Shown piece after piece: positions 27,134-43,139 of a DNA stretch of 64,000 bases. The stretch's first letter is position 1, and each line of letters starts with the position of its first letter. Both the position numbers and the translations under genes were made by a program. Under the pieces are notes generated by a model. That model was not told the origin of the DNA. It saw only the letters and a program-made list of their open reading frames with translations, and ran no database searches. Source of the stretch: Octopus vulgaris (Eukaryota); assembly GCA_951406725.2 (NCBI GenBank), contig OX597824.1, positions 69,378,001 to 69,442,000 on the forward strand, in the 5' to 3' direction.

Positions 27134-28548
27134 TTTTGCTCCGCTCGTCGTCCATAAAAAATTCTGTGTTTGCAATACTTTTTTTCGTTCGGCGTTAACA
27201 GCCCTTCTTATCTTGTTTTTCCTTGTCCTGTCTTTTACTGTTTACAATTTGTACTGTCGTTACTGTCCTGTTGTTACCATTTTTTACCCCTCTGCGAAAA
27301 GATCTCAGAATTTTAATTGATTTGCTTTTCGCAGGAAGGAAAGTTTTCTTGTCGAAGATACGTCTCGCTTTTATCCTTCGAAACGTAGAGTAGATGAAAC
27401 CTTTAGTGACTGAAGAAGGGGTTTGTTTCTTGTGTTAATTGTCCTGTACTCTATTTTTTTGTTGTTTTTAAAAAAATGTCCAGTTCCTTTGGTTTGTGTC
27501 TATGTTTTCGTTTCTCATTGTGTTCGACGTCCTTTTGGTGTCCTGTACTCATAAATGCGTGTATATGTACATGTAGAGGTAGGTACGTACATATATGTTT
27601 ATATATATGCATATGTTTTATTTTATTTATTAATATATTATTTGACAACGCACGCACCCCCTTAAGTAAGATTGTTCTATATATGAAGTTTTTGTTCTTG
27701 ATATTAACTTTGACGCGCACTCTTAACCTTTCTGTCCCATCCCTTTCTCAGCCTTCATTCTTTGATTTCCTTTTCCTCTACTTAACTTGTCTCTTCCTCT
27801 CTCTCATTCTTCACTCTCTCTCTCCCCCTCTCCATTCTTCTTGGTTTCCTCGCAGCCATTCCCCTTCTTCTCTCCCTTTCTCTTGCTCCTCCTCTCCCTT
27901 CCCGTCATTCACCCCCGACGTGACTTTCGCCTTCCCGTCGTTCACCCGCGACGTCACTTCTGCTGCTGTCGCTATCCCCTGGCTCTCTCAAGGTAATGGA
28001 CGACATTCTTTTTGCTCCGCTCGTCGTCCATAAAAAATTCTGTGTTTGCAATACTTTTTTTCGTTCGGCGTTAACAGCCCTTCTTATCTTGTTTTTCCTT
28101 GTCCTGTCTTTTACTGTTTACAATTTGTACTGTCGTTACTGTCCTGTTGTTACCATTTTTTACCCCTCTGCGAAAAGATCTCAGAATTTTAATTGATTTG
28201 CTTTTCGCAGGAAGGAAAGTTTTCTTGAAGATACGTCTCGCTTTTATCATTCGAAACGTAGAGTAGATGAAACCTTTAGCGACTGAAGAAGGGGTTTGTT
28301 CCTTGTGTTAATTGTCCTGTACTCTATTTTTTTTACTGTTTTTAAAAAAATGTCCAGTTCCTTTGGTTTGTGTCTATGTTTTCGTTTCTCATTGTGTTCG
28401 ACGTCCTTTTGGTGTCCTGTACTCATAAATGCGTGTATATGTACCTGTAGAGGTAGGTACGTACATATATGTTTATATATATGCATATGTTTTATTTTAT
28501 TTATTAATATATTATATGACAACGCACGCACCCCTTTAAGTAAGATTG
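27132..28548. mobile_element. Partial tandem element (~545-bp direct repeats, period 876 bp) in (TA)n; Penelope-like architecture
   Basis: 27132-27678 is nearly identical to 28008-28548; (TA)n on both outer flanks. Confidence 0.7.
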
Positions 28549-28776
28549 TATATATATATATTCCACCGATTTTATATTTACAGATATTTATTAGAATGTT
28601 ACATGATTTTATAAATCACATTATATATTAGCGCTTTCGTCCACTCAAGTGGAGTTTTCAAATTGAACTTTTGCTGGAATTTTGTCTCTTTTTATAGTAT
28701 TATTGAGTGTGTAGGGGTGGGGAGAGATATAAGATAGTACAAGAGGGTGAGGAATGGGGAGAAAGTGAGAGAGACC

Positions 28777-28857
<81 letters not shown>

Positions 28858-29395
28858 CGTGAGCCTTCTGATATATGTGTGCGCGTGAGCCTTCTGATAT
28901 AGACGATACTATTAACCTAGTTCTATTGGAGAAGCATTTTAATTATGGATTCCGAAAATATGAATTGCAAAGTTCAACTCGGTGGAATTTAAATTCAGAA
29001 CGTACATGCATTTGTTAAATATCGCAAGACATTTTATCTGACTCTCTAAAGGATTCCGGACAGAATTGTGAAATATCTCAAACTGTATTTCTGCAGGAAG
29101 AAAAAGAAACAGAAGAGGAATGAAATGAAGAAGAAGAAGAAGAAGAAGAAGAAGAAGAAGGAGGAGGGGAGGGGAGAAGGAGGAAGGAGAGGAGGAGGAG
29201 GACATTATAAAGATGAAGAAGAAGGAGGAAAGAAAAGAAAGAGAAGATTGAAAAGGGAGAGGAGATAGAAGAGTGGCGAGGAAGAGGAGGAGGAGAGGGG
29301 TTACGAGGAAAAAGTGAAAGCCGAAAGCAAAAGCAGGACGAGAACAAGAAGACACAGGAGCAGAAAGAGCCGAGAAGAAGAAGAAGAAGAAGAAA

Positions 29396-29443
<48 letters not shown>

Positions 29444-29448
29444 TGATG

Positions 29449-29480
<32 letters not shown>

Positions 29481-30300
29481 GATGGTGATGATAATGGTGA
29501 TGATGATGATGGAGGAGGAGGAGGCAGAAGGAGAGGTGATTGAAGTGGAGGATAGGGAGGAAAATGAGAATAAGTGAAAGAAATGAAAAGAAAAAGAAGA
29601 ATAAGAAATGAAGGAACAATAAAAGCAGCAACGATCGTAGTAACGACGAGAAACAACGAGACCAAAGCCAAGGAGCTGGAAGGACTTCAGCCAACCATCC
29701 CGCTGGAAATAGCAGCCAAATCTCCCTCAAGCAATCCTTTTGCCGTCTTAAGAAAAAGGAAGATAATGGATACATGAGTAATTATCCCTGATACACACAA
29801 TAAATGCAATTGTCACTAATCGAACATTTTTGGCTTTTTTATTATCGCACATCTTGCTAGACAATGGCTGACCTACTATTAAGCGTCAACACTAACAACA
29901 CGAGAAGAACAATAACAACTTCAACAACAGCAACACAATCGACGATGCCGTACCCATCCATTTATCAAACAACTAAGCCGTCCCCATAAAATGTTGTGTC
30001 ACAGTTTTAAAATATCATATTTGTTTGTTCAATGGCGACTTCATTTCATTAGAGTCGCCATTTTTAATGTTGTTTGATCAAACAACGAAGATACTGTCTT
30101 GAGCAAACGTAATGGACGAGACGTAAATTTCTGTGTACACTAGGTGTGTGTGTGTGTGTCTTTGTGTGTTCCTGTGTGTTTCTCTGTGAATGTGTGTGTG
30201 CGTGTATGAGTGTGAGTGTGTGTGTGAGTGTGTATGTGCGAATATATATATATATATATATACATACATATATCGAGAGAGAGAGATACATATATATACA

Positions 30301-30359
<59 letters not shown>

Positions 30360-30644
30360 CGTTTTGTGTGTTTGTTCGTTAGAAGGCTTACAGAATGTAA
30401 AATAAAGTACTCGATACCTCAGGAAGTTAAGTGCGTTACATTTTTTATTATCTTTTTTTTTAATATTACTATATATTTTTATTTTTAAAATATTTTTAAA
30501 TAGTTATTTTTATATTTTTTATGTGTTGTATGCAAATATATTCATCTGTACACATAAATGCGTATATGTATATATATATATATATATGCGCGTGTGTGTG
30601 TTTATATGTATATGTGCATACATATATGTATGTATATGTATGTG

Positions 30645-30689
<45 letters not shown>

Positions 30690-30694
30690 ATATG

Positions 30695-30797
<103 letters not shown>

Positions 30798-30906
30798 GTG
30801 TGAGTGTGTATGCAGAGCTTATTGCACTTAGACACACACACACACACATATACCGTATCATCGTCTCACAGTTAATTGAATCTAACTTTCATTCTCTTGC
30901 TCTTAA

Positions 30907-30942
<36 letters not shown>

Positions 30943-31334
30943 CTTCCCTTTCTCACTTTCTCTGTCTCTCTCTCTCTCGCTCTCTCGCTCTCTTTCTCGC
31001 CCCCTCTTTCTGCTCACCACTCATTCGTTACTTTGGCTACTGAATTGTGAGAATTCTCTTCAGGCAGCTACCGAGGATAATAATGACGGTGATGATAATG
31101 ATGATGATAATGATGGTGATGGTGATGATGATGATGATTATGATGACGATGACGACGACAACGACGACGACGATGATGATGATGAGGATGATGATGATGA
31201 TGATGAGGATGATGATGATGATGATGAGGATGATGAGGAGGAGGAGGAGGAGGAGGAAGAGGAGGAGGGGAGGAAGAGAGGAAAAGAAGAAGTGGAGTAA
31301 GATGTTGATTAGGACTAATGCTGCTATTTTTATA

Positions 31335-31565
31335 GGCGGCAAGTTGGCAGAATCCTTGGCCCGCCGGGCGAAATGCATAGCTGTATTTCGTCTGCCGTTA
31401 CGTTCTGAGTTCAAATTCCGCCGAGGTTGACTTTGCCTTTCATCTTTTCAGAGTCGATAAATTAAGTACCAGTTACGCACTGGGGTCAATGTAATCGACT
31501 TAATCCGTTTGTCTGTCCTTGTTTGTCCCCTCTCTGTTTAGCCCCTTTGTGGGTAGTAAAGAAAT
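31335..31565 (+). mobile_element. SINE family A
   Basis: Full length; TGCTGCTATTTTT direct repeats on both sides. Confidence 0.85.
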
Positions 31566-31957
31566 ATATTGCTGCTATTTTTTTCTACAAATTCTGCTAC
31601 GACAAAGAATAGAATGGTCACGTATTCGGCAGCGGCGATGGCGGCGGCGATGATGATGGCGGTGGTGTTGGTAGTGTTAGCAGTGATGATGGTGATGCTG
31701 ATGCTGTTGGGAATGTGATTGAGGATGGGGTTTTGAAGTGTGTGATGATGGTGGTGGTGGTGGTTGTAGTGTTGAATGAGGTGATAATCATAGTGATAGT
31801 GATGATGATGACGATGATGATAATGGTGATGGTAGTGGTGGTAGTGATACTGGTGGTGGTGGTAGTGTTAGTGGTGGTGATGGTGGTGGTGGTGGTGGTG
31901 GTGGTGGTGGTAGTGATGATGATAATGACGTTAGCTATGGTGGTACTGCTGTTATGA

Positions 31958-32190
31958 AGGCGACGAGCTGGCAGAAACGTTAGCACGCCGGGCGAAATGC
32001 TTAGCCGTATTTCGTCTGCCGCTACGTTCTGAGTTCAAATTCCGCCGAGGTCGACTTTGCTTTTCATTCTCTCGGGGTCGATTAAAGAAGTACCAGTTAC
32101 GCACTGGGGTTGATATAATCGATTTAATCCGTTTGTCTGTCCTTGTTTGTCCTCTCTATATTTAGCCCCTTGTGAGTAGTAAAGAAATAG
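31958..32190 (+). mobile_element. SINE family A
   Basis: Full-length match to the family. Confidence 0.85.
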
Positions 32191-32199
32191 GTACTACTG

Positions 32200-33980
<1,781 letters not shown>

Positions 33981-34089
33981 CAACAATTCTTCTTTATTGA
34001 CCACTGAGGGTTTACACAAAGAACAGGATGATACATTACAATGTGGTATGATGTGGGGTTATATCAAGGTGTGTTAAAAATGGCTTGGT

Positions 34090-34392
34090 CCACCGTCGGT
34101 TACGACGACGGATGTTCCAGCAGATGCGATTATCAGAACTATCTGCTCGTGAAATTACTGTGGAAGTGGCTGAGCACTCCTCAGAAACGCGTACTCTTAA
34201 CCTAGTTCTCAGGGAGATTCAGCGTAAAGGCTGGCCCTTTGAATTAGAGGTCACTGCTCGTTATTGCCAGCTAAGTTGATTGGAGCTACGTGAAATACAG
34301 TGTCATGCTCAGGGACACAATGCGCCGCCAAGAATAGAACTCATGACCTTACGATCTTGAGCCAAATACCCTAACCACTAAACCACGCGCCT
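34090..34392 (-). mobile_element. Diverged copy of the SINE at 26754-27076
   Basis: CCGTCGGTTACGACGAC...CTAACCACTAAACCACGCGCC. Confidence 0.75.
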
Positions 34393-34419
34393 GTAAACAG
34401 CAAAAGGTATATAAACAAT

Positions 34420-34780
34420 AAAATAACGAAAACAAATAAAAAAAGTTAAAGTATTTCTCTAAATTGGAGGAGCCTTTTGATGGGGATTATTCTTAGAAAT
34501 CCCACAAAATCACAGACGCCTTGAATACTGGAGCAACTACCCTCTCCCGATCATTCACTCTTCTTCCTCTCTGAATCTACGGATGGATTCTCAGTGTAGG
34601 CCCATGCAATCGGACTAGCTTTGAGATATTCACCTGCCTCTCAACAAATTTGCAAGAATCCTCCAATCTGACAGTTCCAAATAAAATATGAGAAAGTTAA
34701 TGAGGGCATGGCCAAAGAGGAAGGTCTCTGTCTTCACCCTTTTCAATATGGTGCACCACATTCTTTCGCTAAGGCCCCCA
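34420..34780 (-). pseudogene. Degenerate Tx1-clade ORF2 C-terminus and 3' UTR
   Basis: Minus strand reads ALAKE/MWCTILKRVKTETFLFGHALINFLIFYL...KFVERQVNISKLVRLHGPTLRIHP*, which aligns to the end of ORF 51051-52355. Confidence 0.7.
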
Positions 34781-34882
34781 TACAGATAAACACCGACTCA
34801 TAGACTGCGGATCCCAGGCCATGACTGACAGACAGGAATAAATATCCTAGGGATCTAGACAGTGACTCATATAACCCTAGAT

Positions 34883-35148
34883 CAGTGGTTCCCAAACTTT
34901 TCCAGGCTGCCGCCCCCTTGCCCTCCGGGCCACATTCCTAATGCCTCCACCCCAACTAACCATCACAAACATAAACCTCTTCATAAAGCAAATAAAAAAA
35001 ACTGTATTTCGCAAATAGAACTTAATCCATTATTTTGTTGTTTTTACATGAATCGCTACCCCATTATCGCCCAAGTTTTCTTCAACGCATCCCTTGGAAC
35101 TTTCCACTGCCCCTAGAGGGGCAATATCGTCCACTTTGGGAACCACTG
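34883..35148. mobile_element. hAT (Charlie-like) MITE, 266 bp
   Basis: Perfect 14-bp TIR CAGTGGTTCCCAAA / TTTGGGAACCACTG; exact 8-bp TSD CCCTAGAT at 34875-34882 and 35149-35156. Confidence 0.92.
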
Positions 35149-35388
35149 CCCTAGATGGTCACTCATAGGCTGGGGTCTTGACTGTGACACATCGGATGAC
35201 GCCTAGAGTGTAACTCATAACCTGGGACTCTAGAACGTGACTCACAGAGTGGGGGTCCTAGTCCGTGACTCGTAGATTGGAACTTATATCATTACACACA
35301 CTTGCAACACCACACGAATCTATTATGTATGAAGATGCTTGTGCCATAAACCATATGGCTCCCTAAATACCCTATATACATATATATG

Positions 35389-35454
<66 letters not shown>

Positions 35455-35673
35455 GGCGTAGGAGTGGCTGCGTGGTAAATAGCTCGCTTACCAACCATGT
35501 GGTTGGTAAGCGAGCTATTGGTTGGTAAGTGGGTTCAGTCCCACTGCGTGGCCTCTTGGGCAAATGTCTTCTACTATAGCCTCGAGCCGACCAAAGCCTC
35601 GTGAGTGGATGTAGTAAACGGAAACTGAAAGAAGCCCCTCGTATATATGTATGTATGTATATATATAGATATA

Positions 35674-35706
<33 letters not shown>

Positions 35707-35954
35707 ATGTATGTATATATATATGTATGTATGTAAGTATGTGTGTGTATATGTTTCTGTGTCTGTGTTTGTCCTCCTAATATCGCTTGACAACCGCTGC
35801 TGGTTTGTTTACGTCCCCGTAACTTAGCGGTTCGACAAAATAGACCGATAGAATAAGTACTAGGTTTACAAAGAATAAGTCCTGGAGTCGATTTGCTCAA
35901 TTAAAGGCGGTGCTCCAGCATGGCCACAGTCAAATGACTGAAACAAGTAAAAGA

Positions 35955-35956
<2 letters not shown>
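35455..35956 (+). mobile_element. SINE family B, full length
   Basis: GGCGTAGGAGTGGCTGCGTGG head through TGAAACAAGTAAAAGAG tail. Confidence 0.85.
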
Positions 35957-36030
<74 letters not shown>

Positions 36031-36035
36031 TATAA

Positions 36036-36074
<39 letters not shown>

Positions 36075-36214
36075 CAAACGACGTACTAAAAAAACCGTTA
36101 CTATTTGCCTAACTTCACTAGTGTCACATGTACCATATGGGTGTTTTTTCTGCCGCATCACGCATTTATTTCGTCTCTAGAAATAGTTTCCACATTCGTA
36201 TTAATTACAATTTT

Positions 36215-37295
36215 TGACACATGGCCAACAGTTTTGGGTGATGGTTAAGTCGATTCCATCGACCCCAGTCTCCAACTGATACTTCCCCGAAAGAAGGATG
36301 AAAGGCAAAGTTTACCTCGGCGGATTTTGAAATCTGAACGTAAAGACGGACGAAATGCCGTTAAGCATTTCGCCCGACCTGATATCGATTCTGCAGAATT
36401 TTCGCATTAATAGTGACATCGATTTCTATTAAATATACAAGCTTTATCTTCAAGGAATTTAAATTGAGTTTATAAGTCACATTGCAAATTCTGTTAATAT
36501 CTGTAAATTAATAAAAATTCCCATTTCCAGTATAATAATCTACTAAAGTCACAAAGCATGTAATTTGTCAGGAAACGGCTATTTAATTGCGTTGCCCCAG
36601 TGATCAATGGGTAGTTGTTTCATCGACCCAGAAAGAATGAAAAGAAAGTCGACCTCGGCGGAATTCGAACTCAGAGCATAAGGCTGAAAGAAATGCCGCT
36701 AAGCATCTTGTCTGGAACGCTAACGATTGTGCCAGCTCGTCAGCATTTTTCACCATTTTGTTTATATCTAAAATGAAAATTCACCTTGAGATTCAAAGTG
36801 TTTACAAGCCAGTTAGTCCCTCTTCAGAACCTACTACTTGCTGAGTATCAAAGGTTCAGTTAGCGGAAGGGCATCATGTATGGTGTTAATGAAAATGATG
36901 GTGCTCCGACCGTTGCTGTTGATCGGGAGATGTGAGTGCTATCTTGAATAGCTCAAATAAAACACGGGCTACAGCTTGACCAAAATTAGCTGTGTCTTGG
37001 GTGAGGATGTCTGATCAATGATGATGTTTCGAAATGCATCACGGGACGATATAATTGTGCATCACATATACTAGCATATTGATTTCAAGTTTTGGCACAA
37101 AGCCAGCAACTTCGGTGGCGGGGGCGGAGTAAGTCGATTACATCGACCCCAGTGTTCGAATGGTATATGTTTTTATCGACCTCAGTGCTTAACTGATATT
37201 TGCTTTATCGATCCCGAAAGGATGAAAGAAAAAAGCCGATCCCAGAAAGTAAAAACATGAAATGCCGCTAAGCGTTACTCCGGTGTAGTAACGAT
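36215..37295 (-). mobile_element. Three diverged SINE family A-related copies (~36215-36395, 36560-36740, 37090-37295)
   Basis: Each has ATCGACCCC..GAAAGGATGAAAGG and GAAATGCCGCTAAGC blocks. Confidence 0.7.
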
Positions 37296-38226
37296 TGCAC
37301 CAGCTCGCCGCCCTAAAAACATATCAAAATATTAAAAATGTTAAAATTCATATAATATCTGTTTATAGTAGGTCTTTTTCCGAATAAATCACTTGCAAAC
37401 CCATAAAGATTTTGAAATTTAGAGGTTTTGTTTTACAATTTCATAATTAATTACCAACGATTTAATTTCTTTCCATATACAGAGTTCCCTAAAGTGGTTA
37501 TTTACGACAAACATCAAATTTTTCATCTCGTTTGACGACCTGTATTTAATGTAACTTCGACGTGACTGTCAACTTTTAAAAACATGAATATTTAACTTTG
37601 CTTCACAAACTGAGTTCTATATAAAGTTAATGATTTTTTTTTGTGTGTTTATATAACTGTGAGAATGTGTGTGTGTGTGTGTGTGTGCGCGCGCGCGCGC
37701 GTGTTCCATTGTGTGTGTGTGTGTGTGTGTGGTTATTTGGGTGTGTTTGTGTGTGTATGTAACTGTGTATGTGTGTGACAACTCGTTGATTTATCTATTT
37801 ATCGATCGATCGATCGATCAGGTAAATCATTCAAACTCTTTATCCTTTATCTTATTTTTTTTCTTATCCTTTAATCTATTTAAATCCCCATCTCCGCCAT
37901 TCCCACCATCGCCATTCCCACCACCGCCATTCCAACATCACCAACATCAACAAGCAGAACAACATTAGCACCATAAACGTCACAACCACCGACAACACTA
38001 ACACCAACACCGCGACTGCTCTTACTTCCCACAACCATCATTACTACAACCTGTACTGTAAGCAATGACTTCACCTCCAGCATTGGCAACATCAATACGA
38101 CCACCAGCGCCACTGCTCACCTGGTGGTAACTTCTAACTACGATTACATGCCCTTTAGCAAGCAAGACATTAACATATGTTGTGGTATCTTAACGAAACC
38201 CCGAAACAATGAAGGTGTGTGTGTGA

Positions 38227-38264
<38 letters not shown>

Positions 38265-38470
38265 GCGGAGACAGACAGATATATATATATATATATATAT
38301 ATATAGATACATACATACATACATACATACATAAATGTATAGATGGACTCGTAGACAGACAGGCAGACAGACAGACAGATTGATTGATTGATAGATGAAC
38401 AGATGGATACAGACTCGTAGACAGACAGACAGACAGACAGACAGACACACAGACAGACAGACAGACAGAC

Positions 38471-38552
<82 letters not shown>

Positions 38553-39299
38553 GCAGATAGATAGATGTGCGTGTGTATGCGTGTTGCACGGATGTATGAG
38601 ATAGGATGTATGTGCGTGTATGTCTTAGGCACCCACGTCGAAAACAACGTATGAGCACTCACATCTTATTAATGTATGAGTGAGCGAGTGTGTGTGTGTA
38701 TAAGACATCTTATATGTACAGATGTATACGCTCGTTTGTCCGCATGCGTAATCTGTATGTATACCTATATCTCCTTTTCATTCATTAGTATCCTTTCTTA
38801 AATGAAGAAAGCTGTTTACAAACGAAAAAACAAATGCACCATGAGTGAAATTTGCTCAACATCAGCGTTTTCTCCAGCAGACACCAGAATTTCACAGAAG
38901 TACCTGTTCTTTTGTTTGAACCATCGCAAACGTCGACGAACAGGTGAGAGGCACTGCAAAACAAAGACGCACCGCATGGCAGTACAATCTAAGCCGAAGA
39001 CACCGGTCGGCATAATGATGCCTGTGGGTCGCATCAAGTGACTTCTAGCGACGGAATCCTGAACTACAACGGGCTTGTCACACAGAGGACGTTTCCGGTT
39101 ACATTTCGGTACTCCCTCGTATAATGGCCGCTAACAATGGTGGATGCGAAGGTGTAAATTGAGTGGGTCTTGAGAGGGTAAAAAAGGGGAAATTGATGGT
39201 GCATAAAAAGAAAAAGAGAAAGGAGAAGAAGAAGAAGAAGAAGAAGAAGAAGAAGAAGAAGAAGAAGAAGAAGAAGAAGAAGCAGAAGAAGAAGAAGAA

Positions 39300-39346
<47 letters not shown>

Positions 39347-39422
39347 CGACGACGATGACGATGATGATGATGATGATGATGATGAAGAAGAAGAAGAAGA
39401 AGAAGAAGAAGAAGAAGAAGAA

Positions 39423-39461
<39 letters not shown>

Positions 39462-39943
39462 GACGATGACGATGACGATGATGATGATGATGATGAAGAA
39501 GAAGAAGAAGAAGAAGAAGAAGAAGAAAGAAGAAGAAGAAGAAAGAAGAAGAAGAAGAAAGAAGAAGAAGAAGAAGAAGAAGAAGATGAAGAGGTGCGGT
39601 AGGAGGAAGGGAGGAGAGGCAGAGGAAGCAGAACTACAAGAAGAAAACGATGAACATGATGATGATGATGAGGAGGAGGAGAGGTGGAGAGGAGGAAGAA
39701 CTACAAAAAGAATAAGAAGACGACGATGCCAACAATGATGATGATGATGATGGTGATGATGATAAGGATGATGAAGTGAAGAGGAGACGGGAGGAGGATA
39801 AGAATGTTATTCTCACTACACTTGTCAGCATCATCACCATCACACAATTACCAACCCCACCACGAACATTTTCACCACCCTCATCATCATTGTCTTCATA
39901 ATCACCATCATCATGATCATCATCATTATTGCCATCAACGCCG

Positions 39944-39975
<32 letters not shown>

Positions 39976-40330
39976 GTCGTCGTCGTCGTCAATTTGATTA
40001 TCGTTACCACCGGTAACACCAACACCACCACCGCCACCAGTAACACCAACACCGGCTTCGCTTATGTTAGAAACCGTTATTCTTCTTCTTGTTTTTGTTA
40101 TTGTTCTCCATATTCTTGTTGTCATTGATGTTGTCGTTATTATTGTTTTTATTATTGTTTGTAGATGTTGTTGTTGTTGTTGTAGTTGTCGATGATGACT
40201 TTCTTGGGTGTGGTGATTTCTTATCGATTACTGTTACCTGGGCGTCTTCGTCATTATAGATTAATTCCTTGTAAATTGGCTTTCTTTGGAGATGAGGCGG
40301 ATGTGCAGGAAAGGTTAAAAGAGAAAAAGA

Positions 40331-40369
<39 letters not shown>

Positions 40370-40370
40370 T

Positions 40371-40407
<37 letters not shown>

Positions 40408-40543
40408 TGTGCGTGTGTCTGTGCGAGTATGTACGAAAGACAGAGAGAGTGAGAGAGAGAAGGAATATTTACTTGTGTGTGAGAGAGAGACACAGAGACA
40501 GAAGGGGAGAAGAGAGAAACAGTTAATGCATGTGTATCTGTCT

Positions 40544-40857
40544 GAAAGCGCATGGCTCAGTGGTTAGAGCGTCGGGTACACAATCATGAGGTAGTGAGAT
40601 CGATTCCCGGCGTGCACTGTATGTATGATGTGTTCTTGAGCAAGACACTTTATTTCATGTTGCTCCAGCTCACTCCTCTGTAGCAATGTGTTGTGGCGTC
40701 ACTGGTGCCAAGCTGTATCGGTCTTTGCCTTTCCCTTGAATAACATCAGTGGTGTGGAGAGGAGATGCATGCGCAACTACTGGTCTTTCATAAACAACAT
40801 TGCCCGGACTTTTTAGGTGCAATAGCATGATCAAACGTGACCGAATGGGGTCTTTAC
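40544..40857 (+). mobile_element. tRNA-derived SINE family E
   Basis: GCGCATGGCTCAGTGGTTAGAGCG A-box and GATCGATTCCC B-box, then CTTGAGCAAGACACTTTATTTCA shared with the 26754 SINE, then a different tail. Confidence 0.7.
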
Positions 40858-40868
40858 ACTTTTATCTG

Positions 40869-41085
<217 letters not shown>

Positions 41086-41159
41086 ATTAATGAATAATTA
41101 TGGAGTTGCAAATACGTACTGAAAACACCTGCGTAAGACAGCTACATCTTTATCAATTA

Positions 41160-41555
41160 CTAGCAGTATCGCCCGGCGTTGCTCGGGTTTGTAAGGGAAA
41201 TAACTATATAAGCATTTTTAGATATGTAAAATATAATAGCCATCTCAATATGGCTAACTACAAAGGAAGGGGGGTGTTACTGTAGCTTTTCACGTTCTGA
41301 GATTTAATAATAAATTTTTAGAGAGTTACTTCCCTTATATATGCCAAAAATGCATTAAAAAATGTAAAAATTGATGGTAATTTTTTTAAATCGTAGACTC
41401 ATCGTAGACGCGCGGTAATACCCAGAAGGGCTCGATATGAATCACGACTATAAGATACCCGGTTTTGGTTAAACTGCACCGCAAAATGTGGGAGTAGTTA
41501 GGAACCTAAATCGTAGGAGACAGACAGCACACAACCTCTCTTTTATATATAAAGA
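41160..41555 (-). mobile_element. Non-autonomous Helitron
   Basis: Minus strand starts A|TCTTTATATATAAAA and ends hairpin CCCGAGCAACGCCGGG-CGATACTG-CTAG|T. It is inserted between A and T with no TSD. Confidence 0.88.
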
Positions 41556-42330
41556 TGTCACGATAGATCACATACACGGTGTACGCAAAAAAAAACATAA
41601 GTGGACGATACACTTATTGATGTCATGAAACAGCAAAGCTAGAGAGAAGTTGCGGAGTAGGCCGACGTACCTTGAAATTTTGGATGAAAAAGGACATGTG
41701 TCCCAATGTCCGAAAATAAACTAATGGACCAAGTGAGAGTGATTAGGAGTTACTATGTATATATATTCTGTTCTTTTATTCTTATATGTGTTTCAGTCAT
41801 TTGACTGCGGCCACCTTTAGTCAAACAAATCGACCACGTAACTTATTCCTTGTATATACACCGCCGGAAGTTGTTCTTGACAAAGAACAGCAGTAATTTT
41901 ATTCAGCTGAATACACGTCATTGATTGGTTGAAATTACCGAAATACGACAACTTTAACAAAAAATAACTTCCAAAACACAGAATTTTCTCAACAACGCTA
42001 AGAGTAAAAGATGTTTTATGTGGCACATTCTACCAGTATACGAAGTTTGAAAGTGTTTTGTTACAAAAAGTTATTTTAAAAATCTGTCGGTCAAAAGGTA
42101 AAGATCCTGTTTCTTCTCCAAGTTTCCCTTTAAGTAGGTTAGTGCAGCTACGCTTGTGTCATACGGCACAGCTATAAATTGAAAGTGCCTACGCAGGAGA
42201 ACTTCACCTACTCTTAAAACGCTATTGTTTTCACTGTTGAGTACACACGTGACGTACTCATTTTTCAATTTGTTTAGTGTGGGCGATACGATCTAGCATT
42301 CAAAGACTACGTAGTATTCATTTAGTCTTT

Positions 42331-42717
42331 CTTTTATTCTTTTACTTGTTTCAGTCATTTGACTGCGGCCATGCTGGAGCACCGCCTTTAGTCGAGCAAA
42401 TCGACCTCAGGACTTATTCTTTGCAAGCCTAGTACTTATTCGATGGATTTCTTTTGCCGAAAAGCTAAGTTACAAGGACATAAACAGGCTAGCAGCGGTT
42501 GTCAAGCTATGTTAGGTAGACAAATACAGACACACACGCATACATACATACATACGATGGGCTTCTTTCAGTTTCCGTCTACCAAATCCACTCACAAGGC
42601 TTTGGTCGGCCCGAGGTTATAATAGAAAACACTTGCCCAAGGCGCCACGCAGTGGGACTGAACTCAGAACCATGTGGTTGGTTAGCAAGCTACTTACCAC
42701 ACAGCCACTCCTGCGCC
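42331..42717 (-). mobile_element. SINE family B, full length
   Basis: Reverse-complement match to 35455-35956. Confidence 0.85.
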
Positions 42718-43139
42718 ACCACTACCCCCAACTATTCATCTGATATAGATCCAGTCAGTATCGCTGCTTATATAGCTATACGCCAATGAAACTGAGGAGC
42801 AGAAAAAAGAGGCGAAATACACGTTTACGACTGGGATATGGTCAACAAACGGAAAAATCTTCAAATGTAAGGAGTATGTGAACCGTGTATGACCAGCAAA
42901 TAAAAAATATTACTCGTGACTACATTAGCCAATAATTGTAATCAGCAGTTACGTAAGACAATCCACAAAATAACTGCTGCTTCAACTTACTTTCTTAAGA
43001 GCAGATACGATCATTGGTTTCATGTATATGATGTGAAGACATGACTTTAGTTCTGTGTAAAGCTAAAAGCCCGTCAGGCCGTATTAAATAAACGAAGTAT
43101 ACGAGAATATTCATCCTGAATATCATCAAAGGCAACGTC

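Noticed and set aside
42790-42830. CTGAGGA...GAAA possible hammerhead
   Set aside because: Stem II is only 2 bp and there is no convincing stem I or III.
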